64,000 bases of DNA from a virus, in the IMG/VR virus record IMGVR_UViG_3300045391_002864, positions 1 to 64,000 of that record. One strand, written 5' to 3'. A model generated the notes under the pieces. It made no database searches, was not told the origin of the DNA, and worked only from the letters and a program-made list of their open reading frames with translations. Shown one piece after another: positions 36,983-46,751 of the stretch (position 1 is the first letter of the stretch; each line of letters starts with the position of its first letter). The position numbers and the translations under genes were made by a program.

Positions 36983-37210
36983 TCATTGCGAAGCGCGACC
37001 TACACTCAGGTTGTCGTCGGCATCGCCGATCAGGGCGGCATCGAGCACGTCCAGAAGATCACAGGCTTTGGTGTGAATCGCCTTGACGTCCGCCCCTTCA
37101 GAAAGGGCCTCAAACGACCCTTGGATATGACCGGCCGATTCCGCGTCTTGAACCGCCGAAAGGAATCCAGCTGTGGCTTTCGCAACCGTCTTAATCTGAT
37201 TGATATTCAT
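36983..37210 (-). CDS. hypothetical protein
   Basis: AAAAGGA RBS before MNINQIK. Confidence 0.5.
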   Translation of the reverse strand: MNINQIKTVAKATAGFLSAVQDAESAGHIQGSFEALSEGADVKAIHTKACDLLDVLDAALIGDADDNLSVGRASQ

Positions 37211-37345
37211 AGAACGTAGTGATCCTTTTAGTGACAATAGCAGTATTGAGGTCGCATGCCTGTGCACAATAGTCAACGCAGTGTGGAGACCTGCTCACAT
37301 AATTTTATAGGTTGTGCCTGTGAAAAAGAAATTATTCCGGCTCCC

Positions 37346-37620
37346 TTGACGGAGCGCGGAAGGAGTCTTATGGCAGCGACATTGTCGCTAATGGTGCTGT
37401 CAGGTTGGCGTAAGGATTACTAGGCTTGGATACGGGTTACTCCGCCGCCTGCACGTCCGCAGGCGGTGCCTTGTTACTTCAAGACTGGGCTTTTGCTGCA
37501 CTGCAAGCAAAAGAGGCCGGAGTGAATGAGAAAATATACTGACCCTCACGTTTTGGGCCGAATGCCGCGCTAGATTGCGACGAGAGGAACAGACTCTCGT
37601 ACTAGCGTCGGCCCATTTTT
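37346..37620 (+). ncRNA. putative structured non-coding RNA with sigma70-like promoter
   Basis: TTGACG-17-TATGGC, three hairpins, a final long stem followed by TTTTT; no long ORF. Confidence 0.4.
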
Positions 37621-37677
37621 CGGTGGCGGACCCCGATAATCTCTATCTACAGTGCCGCCGCGTTAGTGTCAATGTCG

Positions 37678-38046
37678 CTAAAACTCCCATACAGGAACGC
37701 CGGCCGCCCTAGCTTTTGACACCATATCGGCCGTGCCACGCCCGCCAGCGAATGCAGCAACTGCGTCCGGCCGCTCCTGGCGTAGCATGAGACTGTTCCT
37801 GATAGGGCCGGCGGCATTGCCGTGTGTACTCCAGTCAGCAGTATATGGCCGCACGGATATACCGTTCAGCCGTGCCCAGGTATCCGCAATGATATCGGCA
37901 CTCACCGTTCCGTCATCACCGAAGCGCGGCCGTGCATCTCCGTGAATGATGATACTGATCGGAAACAGCGAATGCGTGAAGTCGAGCGCCCGGTGGAGGT
38001 ATCCCCAGTCGGCATACGCCCGGCCGCCGCAGACGAGGAGCTTCAT
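37678..38046 (-). CDS. SLOG superfamily (YspA/DUF2493-like) protein
   Basis: LLVCGGR.Y, IIHGDA, AGPIRN..M, AFAGGRGTADMV. Confidence 0.8.
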   Translation of the reverse strand: MKLLVCGGRAYADWGYLHRALDFTHSLFPISIIIHGDARPRFGDDGTVSADIIADTWARLNGISVRPYTADWSTHGNAAGPIRNSLMLRQERPDAVAAFAGGRGTADMVSKARAAGVPVWEF

Positions 38047-38330
38047 GGCGACCGCCATAGCTCCGGCCACTCCACCAAATCAGCCCTGGCAACGATCGTG
38101 GCGCGGTCCCGATCAGCGAAAGCGAGTGCTGTCAGTTCGCCGTGCCCTGCCACGTGGCCCATAGGTCCGCACAGCTGCGCTAGCAGAGATGCCTCGATCT
38201 CCCGCTCGCATGTCTTGAATGCGGCATAAGTTACTCGATAAACGACGTCGTCCGTGACCGGCATGCCGACGAACGGCTCCAGAGCGGCCTCCAGCCGCCC
38301 GACGATACCGAAGATATCATCCATCCTCAT
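38043..38330 (-). CDS. hypothetical protein
   Basis: ATGA-coupled between the NTase and SLOG genes. Confidence 0.55.
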   Translation of the reverse strand: MRMDDIFGIVGRLEAALEPFVGMPVTDDVVYRVTYAAFKTCEREIEASLLAQLCGPMGHVAGHGELTALAFADRDRATIVARADLVEWPELWRSP

Positions 38331-39217
38331 GCCGCGTGCCGCGCTAGGACGTCCTGCATGTCGCGGATCAGGCGTTCGACGGATGGCTCACGCCGCACCG
38401 CGTCCTGAATCGACCCGAAGTGCATCTCCAGACAGTTCATCAGGATTTCCTTCAGCGCGGCCTCATCTGGCGAGTGCGGCAGCGTCGAGGAGGCGTACGT
38501 GTTCTCCAGATGACGCTCTTTCTCCTCGAAATGCCGCTCGATCTGCTCCATCGTCCATTCGCCGCGCCGGACGCTTTTCAGCTGCTCCCGATTACGCTCC
38601 AGATCTAGGTTGCCTTCGACCATGATCTGTTCGATTTCGTCGAGAAGCCGGACGACGTGATAGGCGAACTTGACGTCATAGCCGTACTTCGCGATGGACT
38701 CCGCGCGCGCAGGGTTCGTCGAGTTCGTCTTCGCCTTGATCTTATGCATCTGCGAGTAGGCATAGCCCCGGAACTTGTGCCACGCGCCTTTGTGTAGGAA
38801 CTTGCGCCGGCTCTCGCGCACGATCTCCCCGACTGCCGTCGAGTGCATGACGCAGCGGCGCGGCGTGAACAGGCTGTCGATCATGTTCGGGTTGCATTCC
38901 ATGCACAGTTGGAAATACCGAACGATGCTGAAGACCTGAATGTCGTACGTGATGTCGCGACCGTCCGGCGCCGGGATATGGTGTTGCTGCCACTGATTGA
39001 AGCGCTCCGGCTGGCGACCAAATCCGAAGATTTCGCCGGCCAGATGCGGGAACACGACGTCCTTCGGCGGGATGCAAAAGCCGTACAGATCGACGTCGGA
39101 GCTATCGCCGGATACGCCGTACGAGACCGATCCCATGACCGTCAGATACTGACAGCTGTCGACGAGCCAGCGCGGCGTCTGGATAGCATTTGCGGAGCGC
39201 AGCTTCTGTAGGATCAT
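38327..39217 (-). CDS. Pol-beta superfamily nucleotidyltransferase (RlaP/YcgL-like)
   Basis: GSVSYG...SDVDLYG, CNPNMIDSLF, GYDVKFAYHVVRLL. Confidence 0.8.
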   Translation of the reverse strand: MILQKLRSANAIQTPRWLVDSCQYLTVMGSVSYGVSGDSSDVDLYGFCIPPKDVVFPHLAGEIFGFGRQPERFNQWQQHHIPAPDGRDITYDIQVFSIVRYFQLCMECNPNMIDSLFTPRRCVMHSTAVGEIVRESRRKFLHKGAWHKFRGYAYSQMHKIKAKTNSTNPARAESIAKYGYDVKFAYHVVRLLDEIEQIMVEGNLDLERNREQLKSVRRGEWTMEQIERHFEEKERHLENTYASSTLPHSPDEAALKEILMNCLEMHFGSIQDAVRREPSVERLIRDMQDVLARHAA

Positions 39218-39384
39218 TTGCACACCTCTCTGACGACGGTTGCGATGTCGTCCGGGTCCATGTCCGGCCAGCGCTCCAGGGCCTGCGCCATCGCAAGCGG
39301 CCATGTCGCGGCCTTTCCATTGGCCTCGCGCCGGGCTTTCCAGCCCCGGAGCGTGTTGATGGCGCTTTTGACCTCCGGGCTCAT
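39214..39384 (-). CDS. 56-aa hypothetical protein
   Basis: MSPEVKSAINTLRGWK...; coupled at both ends by ATGA overlaps. Confidence 0.5.
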   Translation of the reverse strand: MSPEVKSAINTLRGWKARREANGKAATWPLAMAQALERWPDMDPDDIATVVREVCK

Positions 39385-40130
39385 AGCTTCTTCTCGATAT
39401 CGCTGAATACATCTTCGGCGACGAACGTGAAGGAGTCACCAACCGGCGTACTCTGGGCACGGGAGTCTTTCATGCGGAAGGGGCCGTTGCTGAGGAGCAG
39501 CGACACATCGGCGTTCAGGTACATCTCCCTGGCGCACGGATGCAATGGCTTCAACTCATGAATGGGATATATGATCTCGCGGAGTGGCCGGCGCGATGCG
39601 AGCGCGACCTGGGCCATGGAGCGGTTGATCTGTTCATCGGCGATCGCCCATAGCTGCGGGTCGCCCTCGCGCAGCACCTCCAGCAGCAGTGCCTTCTCGC
39701 GCAGGTACGTGCGGGCGAACTCAGGGTCGTGCGCGACGATCGACCGCGTGTTGTCGATCAGGTCGGCGAGTTTGATGGTCTTCGCTGCCGCGCATGCTAG
39801 GGCAGTGTGCGCGCGGTCGATCGCTTTGCGCTCCGCACGGTTGCCGTCTTCCAGCTTCGACACATCCGTCAGCTGGCGCACGAGCGCGGCCACGTGCCAT
39901 CCGAACTCGGCCTTGATTGCGTATTCGTCGACTTCCGTGTCCTCGACGACGTCGTGCAGCCACGCGGCGGCAAGCATTTCCTGCGTGTGATCGACTGAAG
40001 CGACGATCCTCGCGACCGCTTCGGGATGCACGATGTAGGGATCGTTCGTGTATTTTCGGGTCTGGCCGATCGCGGCGTGTGCTACTGTCGCGAACAGGCG
40101 GGCTTTTTCAACGAGGTCTATCATGGTCAT
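39381..40130 (-). CDS. HD-domain hydrolase, Mesh1/SpoT small alarmone hydrolase-like
   Basis: H..QTRKY..DPYIVHP, AAWLHDVVED, IKLADLIDN. Confidence 0.85.
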   Translation of the reverse strand: MTMIDLVEKARLFATVAHAAIGQTRKYTNDPYIVHPEAVARIVASVDHTQEMLAAAWLHDVVEDTEVDEYAIKAEFGWHVAALVRQLTDVSKLEDGNRAERKAIDRAHTALACAAAKTIKLADLIDNTRSIVAHDPEFARTYLREKALLLEVLREGDPQLWAIADEQINRSMAQVALASRRPLREIIYPIHELKPLHPCAREMYLNADVSLLLSNGPFRMKDSRAQSTPVGDSFTFVAEDVFSDIEKKL

Positions 40131-40454
40131 TGACGCTAAGGCGCGCCGTGGCGGCCGTCAACGCGCCTCATGGCTTGTAAAGACGTTTTCGTTTTAGAAT
40201 CAAAAATTTTTTGGAAGGGGCAGGGCGATACGAGACGCAAAATGCGGAGTAGTAAGGAGTTGTAAAGGGAAATAGCATTTTGGCTAAAAACCTCGCGTGG
40301 GTAAGCCGTTATAGCGGAGGGTCATTGAGCCGCCGCCCTCACCTGCGCCGGGGTCAAAGATGCAGAATAAACCTACAACAAAGCAAAAATACGATAGTAC
40401 GCGCTTCACGTATACGTAAAGCGCGTATTTTCGTCTGATTTGCTATCTGTGGTG

Positions 40455-40484
40455 CTTGACGTACATACGTCAAGTGCGTATAAG
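40455..40484 (+). promoter_or_regulatory. sigma70-like promoter overlapped by a palindromic operator
   Basis: TTGACG-17-TATAAG; CTTGACGTA-CA-TACGTCAAG inverted repeat. Confidence 0.6.
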
Positions 40485-40517
40485 AATGACAGTGCAAACG
40501 AACATAGGTTTAGGCAG

Positions 40518-40901
40518 ATGGCTAAGGCGATAAAATACGACGCGGTTGCGACTCTTCAGAAGCTTGGAATCACGTATGACGACGCGGTAGCATTGCGCCG
40601 CGTGTCTATGACGCTGCATCGCTGGCATGAACATGAGTGCAACGGCGCGATTCAGCGCGACGAGGAGTCGGGCGTTGCTTTCTGGTATTCAACGAATAGC
40701 GGCAAGAAACTGAGCAAGGCACCTGACCGCGAGAAAGGCGCATTGAAGCGCTTGGCGGAGATTATCGCGCGCTATCCAGGGCTTTCCTCTTACGTCCAGG
40801 GCGACCCGCGCGGCGCTGCTCTGTACGTTTTGCGCCCTGGCGACGTTCCGGACGGTTGCGACGCGGGCGCGTATTATTCACGCGGAATCGTCGTTTACTA
40901 A
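40518..40901 (+). CDS. hypothetical protein
   Basis: First ORF after the promoter; YVQGDPRGAALY motif. Confidence 0.6.
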   Translation: MAKAIKYDAVATLQKLGITYDDAVALRRVSMTLHRWHEHECNGAIQRDEESGVAFWYSTNSGKKLSKAPDREKGALKRLAEIIARYPGLSSYVQGDPRGAALYVLRPGDVPDGCDAGAYYSRGIVVY

Positions 40902-40926
40902 CTCACGAAATACAGCGGAAAGGTTA

Positions 40927-41169
40927 ATGATTATGGCTAAGAAACCGTACAACGGACACGAGTCGCATGCGGCTTGGAATGTTTCCCTGTGGATCGGTAA
41001 CGATGAGGGGCTTTATCGCATGGCGCGGGAACATATCCGGCGCGCCAGCAATCGCGACGAGGCTGCACGCGCCATGTTCGACGATCTGGCCGGCATGGGA
41101 ATCCATGCCACGCCAGACGGGACGAAATACAGCCAGCACACGATCCGCCTTGCCATGCGGGGCTTATAA
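40927..41169 (+). CDS. hypothetical phage protein
   Basis: YNG...WNVSLWIGNDEGLY motif; GAAAGG RBS. Confidence 0.6.
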   Translation: MIMAKKPYNGHESHAAWNVSLWIGNDEGLYRMAREHIRRASNRDEAARAMFDDLAGMGIHATPDGTKYSQHTIRLAMRGL

Positions 41170-41414
41170 TGTCGGCGGACTGGTTCAAATTACGCCTTGT
41201 TGCATGGCGCGCCCGCATGGGATTCACGCAGAAAGCTGGCGCGCAAGCGCTGAAAGTGTCATTGCGTACGTTGCAAGGCTGGGAAGCGGCCGGACGCGTC
41301 CCACATCAATCAAATCTGGTACTTCTAGAAATGGACCGGATAGAGAATCCTGTAAAAGAGCCGGACATGTCGCCGCCAAGAAGGCGCAACAAAGGCCCCT
41401 TTGGGCCTCTCTAG
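41169..41414 (+). CDS. XRE-family HTH protein
   Basis: WRARMGFTQK.GAQALKVSLRTLQGWE. Confidence 0.75.
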   Translation: MSADWFKLRLVAWRARMGFTQKAGAQALKVSLRTLQGWEAAGRVPHQSNLVLLEMDRIENPVKEPDMSPPRRRNKGPFGPL

Positions 41415-41420
41415 ACGATA

Positions 41421-41453
41421 GAAGGGCGGCCCCGATATGTGGCCGCCCTTTTT
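41421..41453. terminator. intrinsic terminator
   Basis: AAGGGCGGCC/GGCCGCCCTT stem followed by Ts. Confidence 0.7.
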
Positions 41454-41495
41454 GTATGTCCGCCCTGTAGCGGCTTCTGAAGGGATTAGGCGCCC

Positions 41496-42167
41496 TTACG
41501 GGCGCGCTAGTACCTTTCTCACCGCTTCATGTGACAGTTTATGCCCTTGCGCGCTGATATGCGCCGCAATGTCGCGCAATGATGAACCAGCCGCGCGCAT
41601 TGCCTTCATTTGGATGATTGCGGATTGTTGCTCTGGAATCTCCTCTAGTCGCCTATTGTCTGCTACTTTCCAGCCATACGGCACGGCGCCCCCTAGATAC
41701 ATTCCGCGCTCTTTTTGGTCTGCCTTAACTGTCGCGATTCTTTCGCGGATTCTGTCGCGTTCTGCCTCTGCTACAGCTGACAGAATCGTAAAAACTAGCT
41801 TGCTAATCCCGTTCCCTGTCACGTCTCCGCCTAAATCGATCATGTGCAGCGCCACACCGCGCGCTTGCAGATGCCCGAGCACGTCTAGGGCGTTCAAAGC
41901 ACTGCGAAACATGCGGTCTAGTTTGGCAGTAATGACGATATCACCGGGCTTTAGAACTGACAGCAGCGCCGCGCCCTCTGGCCTATCGGCGAGCGGCTTA
42001 GACCCGCTAATGCCACGCTCCACGAAGATACGGCTAATGAGTAGGCCATTCATCATTGCGTAGCCTTTGATAGCGCGCTGCTGTACCTCTAGACTTTCGC
42101 CCTCGTCCGCCTGTCGCGGTGTCGACACGCGTGCGTAGCCATAAACTGCCATCTTATCCTCTGTCAT
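41496..42167 (-). CDS. serine recombinase (resolvase/invertase family)
   Basis: YGYARVST, ERGISGS...RPEG, KLDRMFRS, AEAERDRIRER. Confidence 0.9.
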   Translation of the reverse strand: MTEDKMAVYGYARVSTPRQADEGESLEVQQRAIKGYAMMNGLLISRIFVERGISGSKPLADRPEGAALLSVLKPGDIVITAKLDRMFRSALNALDVLGHLQARGVALHMIDLGGDVTGNGISKLVFTILSAVAEAERDRIRERIATVKADQKERGMYLGGAVPYGWKVADNRRLEEIPEQQSAIIQMKAMRAAGSSLRDIAAHISAQGHKLSHEAVRKVLARP

Positions 42168-42582
42168 GTTGTCACTGTGCTTAACGGGTTAGACAGTGGC
42201 ATTGTCGCTGTCAATGTTCACATGCACTGTGACAAAAACAAGCCAAAAATAAAGGTAGAATCAGCAGAAACGGGGATTGACTCGTGCCGCTGTATGTGAC
42301 TCGCGTTCGATTCGGCAGAACATTTCGGTATCGTAAACGTACGGATTCGGCAATAACGAGGCTGTCAACGAGTGTTTGCATGTCGCAATAACCGCGCGAT
42401 GTGCGAATCATTTTTGAAAAGTTTTTCGAAAAAATTTCTGAAATTCCGCGCGCGGGTTAGCAGAATCAAGGGAATTCCGCGTTTTCAGGTCGACCGGCGC
42501 CCTTTCGGCAGGCTTTACAAGCTACGCAAAGCGCGTATAACAGTGACATAGACATTAATGCTAACGACGAAGGGCTAGACCG

Positions 42583-42990
42583 ATGACAAAGCCTCTTACC
42601 ATGCTCAAATCTGTCGACGACAAGGCAGACTGCCCGGCCAAGCGCGGGGACTTGTATCTTCTGGCGTGCGGCACGCGCAAAAACACGAAATTGAAATTTT
42701 GCCTTGTGTCGTCCGTTGCGCGTGACGGATATGCCCGTGAATTGCGTACGCCTAATACCGCGAACACATGCGAGACGATCAAGCGCGAACCTAGCGAGGT
42801 TTTCGCGGGATATATCATCTCGCAAGACCGCTTTCCGGCCGGCACGGGTGCCGAGCAAATTTTGCGCGCTTTGCCGCGTGAGTTCGAGCAGCACGAATGG
42901 CTGAAGGAATACGACTCGGCGGAGCAGGCAAAGCGTGACCTTGTAGCTGTCATTGAAGCGCAAGCGGTGCCGACCGCGAGGGCCGCATAA
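42583..42990 (+). CDS. hypothetical protein
   Basis: Downstream of a TTTACA-16-TATAAC promoter. Confidence 0.55.
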   Translation: MTKPLTMLKSVDDKADCPAKRGDLYLLACGTRKNTKLKFCLVSSVARDGYARELRTPNTANTCETIKREPSEVFAGYIISQDRFPAGTGAEQILRALPREFEQHEWLKEYDSAEQAKRDLVAVIEAQAVPTARAA

Positions 42991-43178
42991 TGGTCGACAC
43001 TTTCGCATTCAGTGTTCGCGGTTGCCTCGGAGTCATGGAATCCTACGAGTTCAGCGACGGCGACATGATTAAGGTCATGAAGGGCTTGAAAGCGGCCGAT
43101 AAAATCCGCTCCGATGGCTACGTGATTCAGACGGACCTAGACGCAGCCATCCGCGCGCACCGCGAGGAAGGAAAATAG
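42990..43178 (+). CDS. hypothetical protein
   Basis: Coupled ORF. Confidence 0.5.
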   Translation: MVDTFAFSVRGCLGVMESYEFSDGDMIKVMKGLKAADKIRSDGYVIQTDLDAAIRAHREEGK

Positions 43179-43187
43179 GAGTCGATC

Positions 43188-43421
43188 ATGGCGGATTTTT
43201 CTTACACGACGGATGGACTCTTTGTGCGGTTGCTGCCGAATGACAATGGGCAGGCCGCCGACGCGTGGCGCAAGGTTGCGGAACATTTCCCCAGCTGCGT
43301 CATTCCGGTTAGCGCATGGGACGGGACGAGGCGCCAGCTGAAGGCCGCCGGCTTTACCGTCCAGAAGCACCGACCGGAACGCGTCGACGATGACGATCTA
43401 CTAGCAGCACTCACCGCCTAG
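43188..43421 (+). CDS. hypothetical protein
   Basis: AGGAG RBS. Confidence 0.55.
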   Translation: MADFSYTTDGLFVRLLPNDNGQAADAWRKVAEHFPSCVIPVSAWDGTRRQLKAAGFTVQKHRPERVDDDDLLAALTA

Positions 43422-43974
43422 CCGTTACCAGATGATACAGCGTCGCGCGCGGCGCTGCGTCACCTAGCAACGAATCAATGGACAATAGAACCATGACCAT
43501 CTCGCTTACGAATTGCCTGTTTTACGGCGCCGCCGCGTTTGCCACGCTGTCGGTCGTCACCGGCCTTGCGGTGCATGCCGCACTCTTCGCCCTCGTCGCT
43601 GCCACCTACGGCATGCTTGTCGACAGCTATCATAAGGGAGAATTGCGCTAGCTCCTACGGCGCTAGGCGTAGCTCTAAAATTCTTCTCTTCGGCACGTTG
43701 ACTCTATACGTGCTTTGCGTAGAACAGTGACATTGTCACTAGAGTAAGTTGAAAAGGTTGCACATGACCATCCAAGAATACGGCGCCTACCGGCGCGGAC
43801 AGACGGCTTTCAAGCGGGGCAAGGCCGCTCCAGACTGCAACACGCGCGACGCGCTGCAATGGGCGTTTTATCTCGGCTATCAGGCTGAAAAGCTGAAGGC
43901 ACGTGATGCCGAGCAGCGCGCCGCTAGCACTACCGCCGCTAGCGCTTAACTCTCTTTTGAAAAGGTTGCCTATT

Positions 43975-44601
43975 ATGTTCACCGCTAAAATGTTCTCCGC
44001 CAATGTCTATGACCGCCAGCGCGCCGAGTTTGCCGTGACGCTGGACAATGGCGCCGAATTGCGCGCCGTCGCGACTATCTTCCATGACGACGACAGCGAG
44101 GCGCCCTGGGAACGGTGCGACGGCCACGGACCAGTGTCCGACTGGACGACGCGCGACAAGCGTCCGGGGGAGCTTGTGCTAAGCCGCGACGGGCACAGCA
44201 AGCGCTTCTATGACTATGCGGAGGCGTGCCGCATTGCGCGCGCTGAAGGCTGGGGGCACGGGCCGGATATCGAAGGCGAGAGCGCCCGCCAGAAGGCCGC
44301 GCGCGCCGCGCTGGCGGACTATGAGAATTTGCGCGCGTGGTGCAATGACCAGTGGAGCTATGTCGGCGTCGCGGTTCGTATCTGGCTCGACGATATGCCG
44401 CTGACAGGTGAATACGACGCGGCTTTGTGGGGAATCGAGTCAAACTCCGGAGAGGACTATATCGCCCAGGTTGCGGGCGAGCGGCTGCACGGGGCTATTT
44501 TCCTCGCGAAAGCCAAACTCAGAAAGCTCGCAGCGCTCGCTAACGAACAGACGCTCGAAGCGCTGGACTCGCTCGCAGCTGAAGAGAAAGTGACCGCGTG
44601 A
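43975..44601 (+). CDS. hypothetical phage protein
   Basis: PWERCDGHGPVS, WCNDQWSYVGV, ALWGIES motifs; GAAAAGG RBS. Confidence 0.6.
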   Translation: MFTAKMFSANVYDRQRAEFAVTLDNGAELRAVATIFHDDDSEAPWERCDGHGPVSDWTTRDKRPGELVLSRDGHSKRFYDYAEACRIARAEGWGHGPDIEGESARQKAARAALADYENLRAWCNDQWSYVGVAVRIWLDDMPLTGEYDAALWGIESNSGEDYIAQVAGERLHGAIFLAKAKLRKLAALANEQTLEALDSLAAEEKVTA

Positions 44602-44734
44602 CCGATCGTTAAGGGCAATGCCACTAAGATTGCTTTACTTTACATGGCGCGCCCGCTCGCCGGAGGCGAGACAGGCTAAGCCTGTCCGCAAGGGCGCCCC
44701 GTGCGAAGCAACGCAATTTACTGGAGCTAGATCG

Positions 44735-45058
44735 ATGCTGAAGTTTAACGTTTACTACGAGATCGTCACGCCCGAGTCTGCCGAGCAAGGGGACGTCGAC
44801 GAACGGGGCGAGATTGCGACCGGACTGTCGCTTCGTGAAGCGATTGCAGCGGTAAACGAGACGCGCACCAGCCTTGTCGGGGGCGTGGAGTGCATCGAAG
44901 CGAGCGACAGCCGGGTAGGGGACGCGCGCTGGTTCACCGTCACGAACGGGATGGAGTTCGAGACGGGCGCGGTTGAGTCCCGCTCGCTACACATTCCGGA
45001 CCATGTCACGCCCGCATCGCGCCGCCGCATTGCCCGCCTGCTGGGAGTCCGCGTCTAG
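44735..45058 (+). CDS. hypothetical phage protein
   Basis: YEIVTPESAEQGD motif; GGAG RBS. Confidence 0.6.
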   Translation: MLKFNVYYEIVTPESAEQGDVDERGEIATGLSLREAIAAVNETRTSLVGGVECIEASDSRVGDARWFTVTNGMEFETGAVESRSLHIPDHVTPASRRRIARLLGVRV

Positions 45059-45361
45059 CCATGCCCGGACCTAACGCCACTGCTAAGACTTGGTTTTGTG
45101 ACGGGTGCAACAAGACACACCCTATCAGCCGGGACATTGAAGGAGCCTGGGAAGCGCGCTGCTGGTGCGCCGCATCGATCGTGAGAGGGATTAGGGCGGG
45201 CGCAAATTTTCTTCCTCCTCAAGCCGAGCACTTTCGCCGCCACCTCCCCGATTATGCCCACATTAAATAGCCTTGACCGGGACAGGCGGGTCCTGTCTCT
45301 AGCCGAGGTTGACCGGGCTACGCGATACACGCACTAGATTGTATTCAAAATTTACAGAAAG

Positions 45362-45772
45362 ATGACAACTATGGAAAACAAAACGCTCGCTGACTTTATC
45401 GCCGCGCACCGTATCCGGATGACTGCCGAACGGACGGACTCGAATCCAAACATGGAAAGCGAGCAACCGATGAACCATTGGCGTGTTACGTTCCGCATGG
45501 GGCGCAAGCGCATGACGACTTACTTCAGCATGGGTCTTGGTCGCGAGGGGCGTGAGCCGCGCGCCGACGAGGTTCTGGACTCTCTCGCTAGCGACGCTGC
45601 TGGAGTTCAGAACGCGGCCGACTTCACGGATTGGTGTGCGGAGTATGGATTCGACACGGACAGCCGCAAGGCGGAGACTGTATTCAAAGCCTGCTGTGCC
45701 GGCGCCCGGAGGTTGCGCGCCTTTATAGGGGAAGATTACGAAAAGCTACTGTTCGAAACTGACCGGCTCTAG
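45362..45772 (+). CDS. hypothetical phage protein
   Basis: FTDWCAEYGFDTDSRKA motif; terminator at 45803. Confidence 0.6.
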   Translation: MTTMENKTLADFIAAHRIRMTAERTDSNPNMESEQPMNHWRVTFRMGRKRMTTYFSMGLGREGREPRADEVLDSLASDAAGVQNAADFTDWCAEYGFDTDSRKAETVFKACCAGARRLRAFIGEDYEKLLFETDRL

Positions 45773-46090
45773 CTATCGCCTCTCATCCGAGTCCACTGAA
45801 CAAAAAGGGCTTTGTGCCCTTTTTTCGTTCCCGCCCTCTGGAGCACAGTTAGAGGGCCTATCAGGCTGGAGTCTCACTGGCTGGAGCCCGCCATAAAGCA
45901 GCGCTGCCCTGTGGTTAGAAGCGCTGTCGTGCCGCCCCTATTTACCAATAGGTTACTAAAGATTTTATTATCGCTATTGTCGCAGGCGGGTTTACAATCT
46001 CTGTTGAATTATATAGACATTGTCGCTATCACGTACCGCGTGGTTACTTTGAACTAATGTCAACTAATTTGAGAAAGGTCGATCTTAAAT

Positions 46091-46519
46091 ATGCCCCGCA
46101 CTTCTTCCGCTATACCTGCTAAGCGCACCGCGCAGCCTTCGAAGTCGGCTCCGGCGTTGCGCTCGCTCCAAGAGTTCGAGAAGTCGCCACGCGCTGTAAA
46201 GACGACTGACACTGACGAGGGCGAGACGACAATCCTAGTCCGCCTGTACGCTTCTGCCCCGGACGAAGCGCCGCGCCCCTTGATCGTCTTCCCCTTCGCG
46301 CCCTGGGGCGACTCTCCCGCCGAGTGCATGGCATACTATGACGGCGCCTTTATCGGCATTGACCCTGCCATGATCCGCATCACGACGGCGGGCAATCCGC
46401 TGGCGGAGGACGTCGCTAAGGTTCTAAACAAGCTGCAGCGCGCGCCCCATAACTATAAATTCGAAGTGGGCGTCCGCATGCCGCGCTCGGCCTACGCGCG
46501 CCGTAAGGCCGCCTTCTGA
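46091..46519 (+). CDS. hypothetical protein
   Basis: GAAAGG RBS, own promoter and terminator. Confidence 0.55.
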   Translation: MPRTSSAIPAKRTAQPSKSAPALRSLQEFEKSPRAVKTTDTDEGETTILVRLYASAPDEAPRPLIVFPFAPWGDSPAECMAYYDGAFIGIDPAMIRITTAGNPLAEDVAKVLNKLQRAPHNYKFEVGVRMPRSAYARRKAAF

Positions 46520-46751
46520 GCCCCTTGCGCGCGATAAAGCGCGCGGCTGGGACTTGGCTCTTAGGCCAGTCGCACAATCGCGCAAGAGGGGGCTCCGGCC
46601 CCCTTTTTTGTTGTCTTTTTTCTGTCTCGGCTATTGCCATTAATTCAGCGATAGGTATTAATGGCAATGTCGTTGGCCCTTTGGGGTCAGACGCCGCGCC
46701 TCGGGGCTTGTCGGGGCTTGAGCCTTCTGTGGCTTACACAAGGGAAAAAAC

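Noticed and set aside
37370-37423. 17-aa ORF with AAGGAG RBS
   Set aside because: The RBS lies in the -35/-10 spacer of the predicted promoter, so it would not be transcribed from it
40398-40427. N15-like hairpin telomere site
   Set aside because: Palindrome is short and imperfect, and no protelomerase is seen in the window
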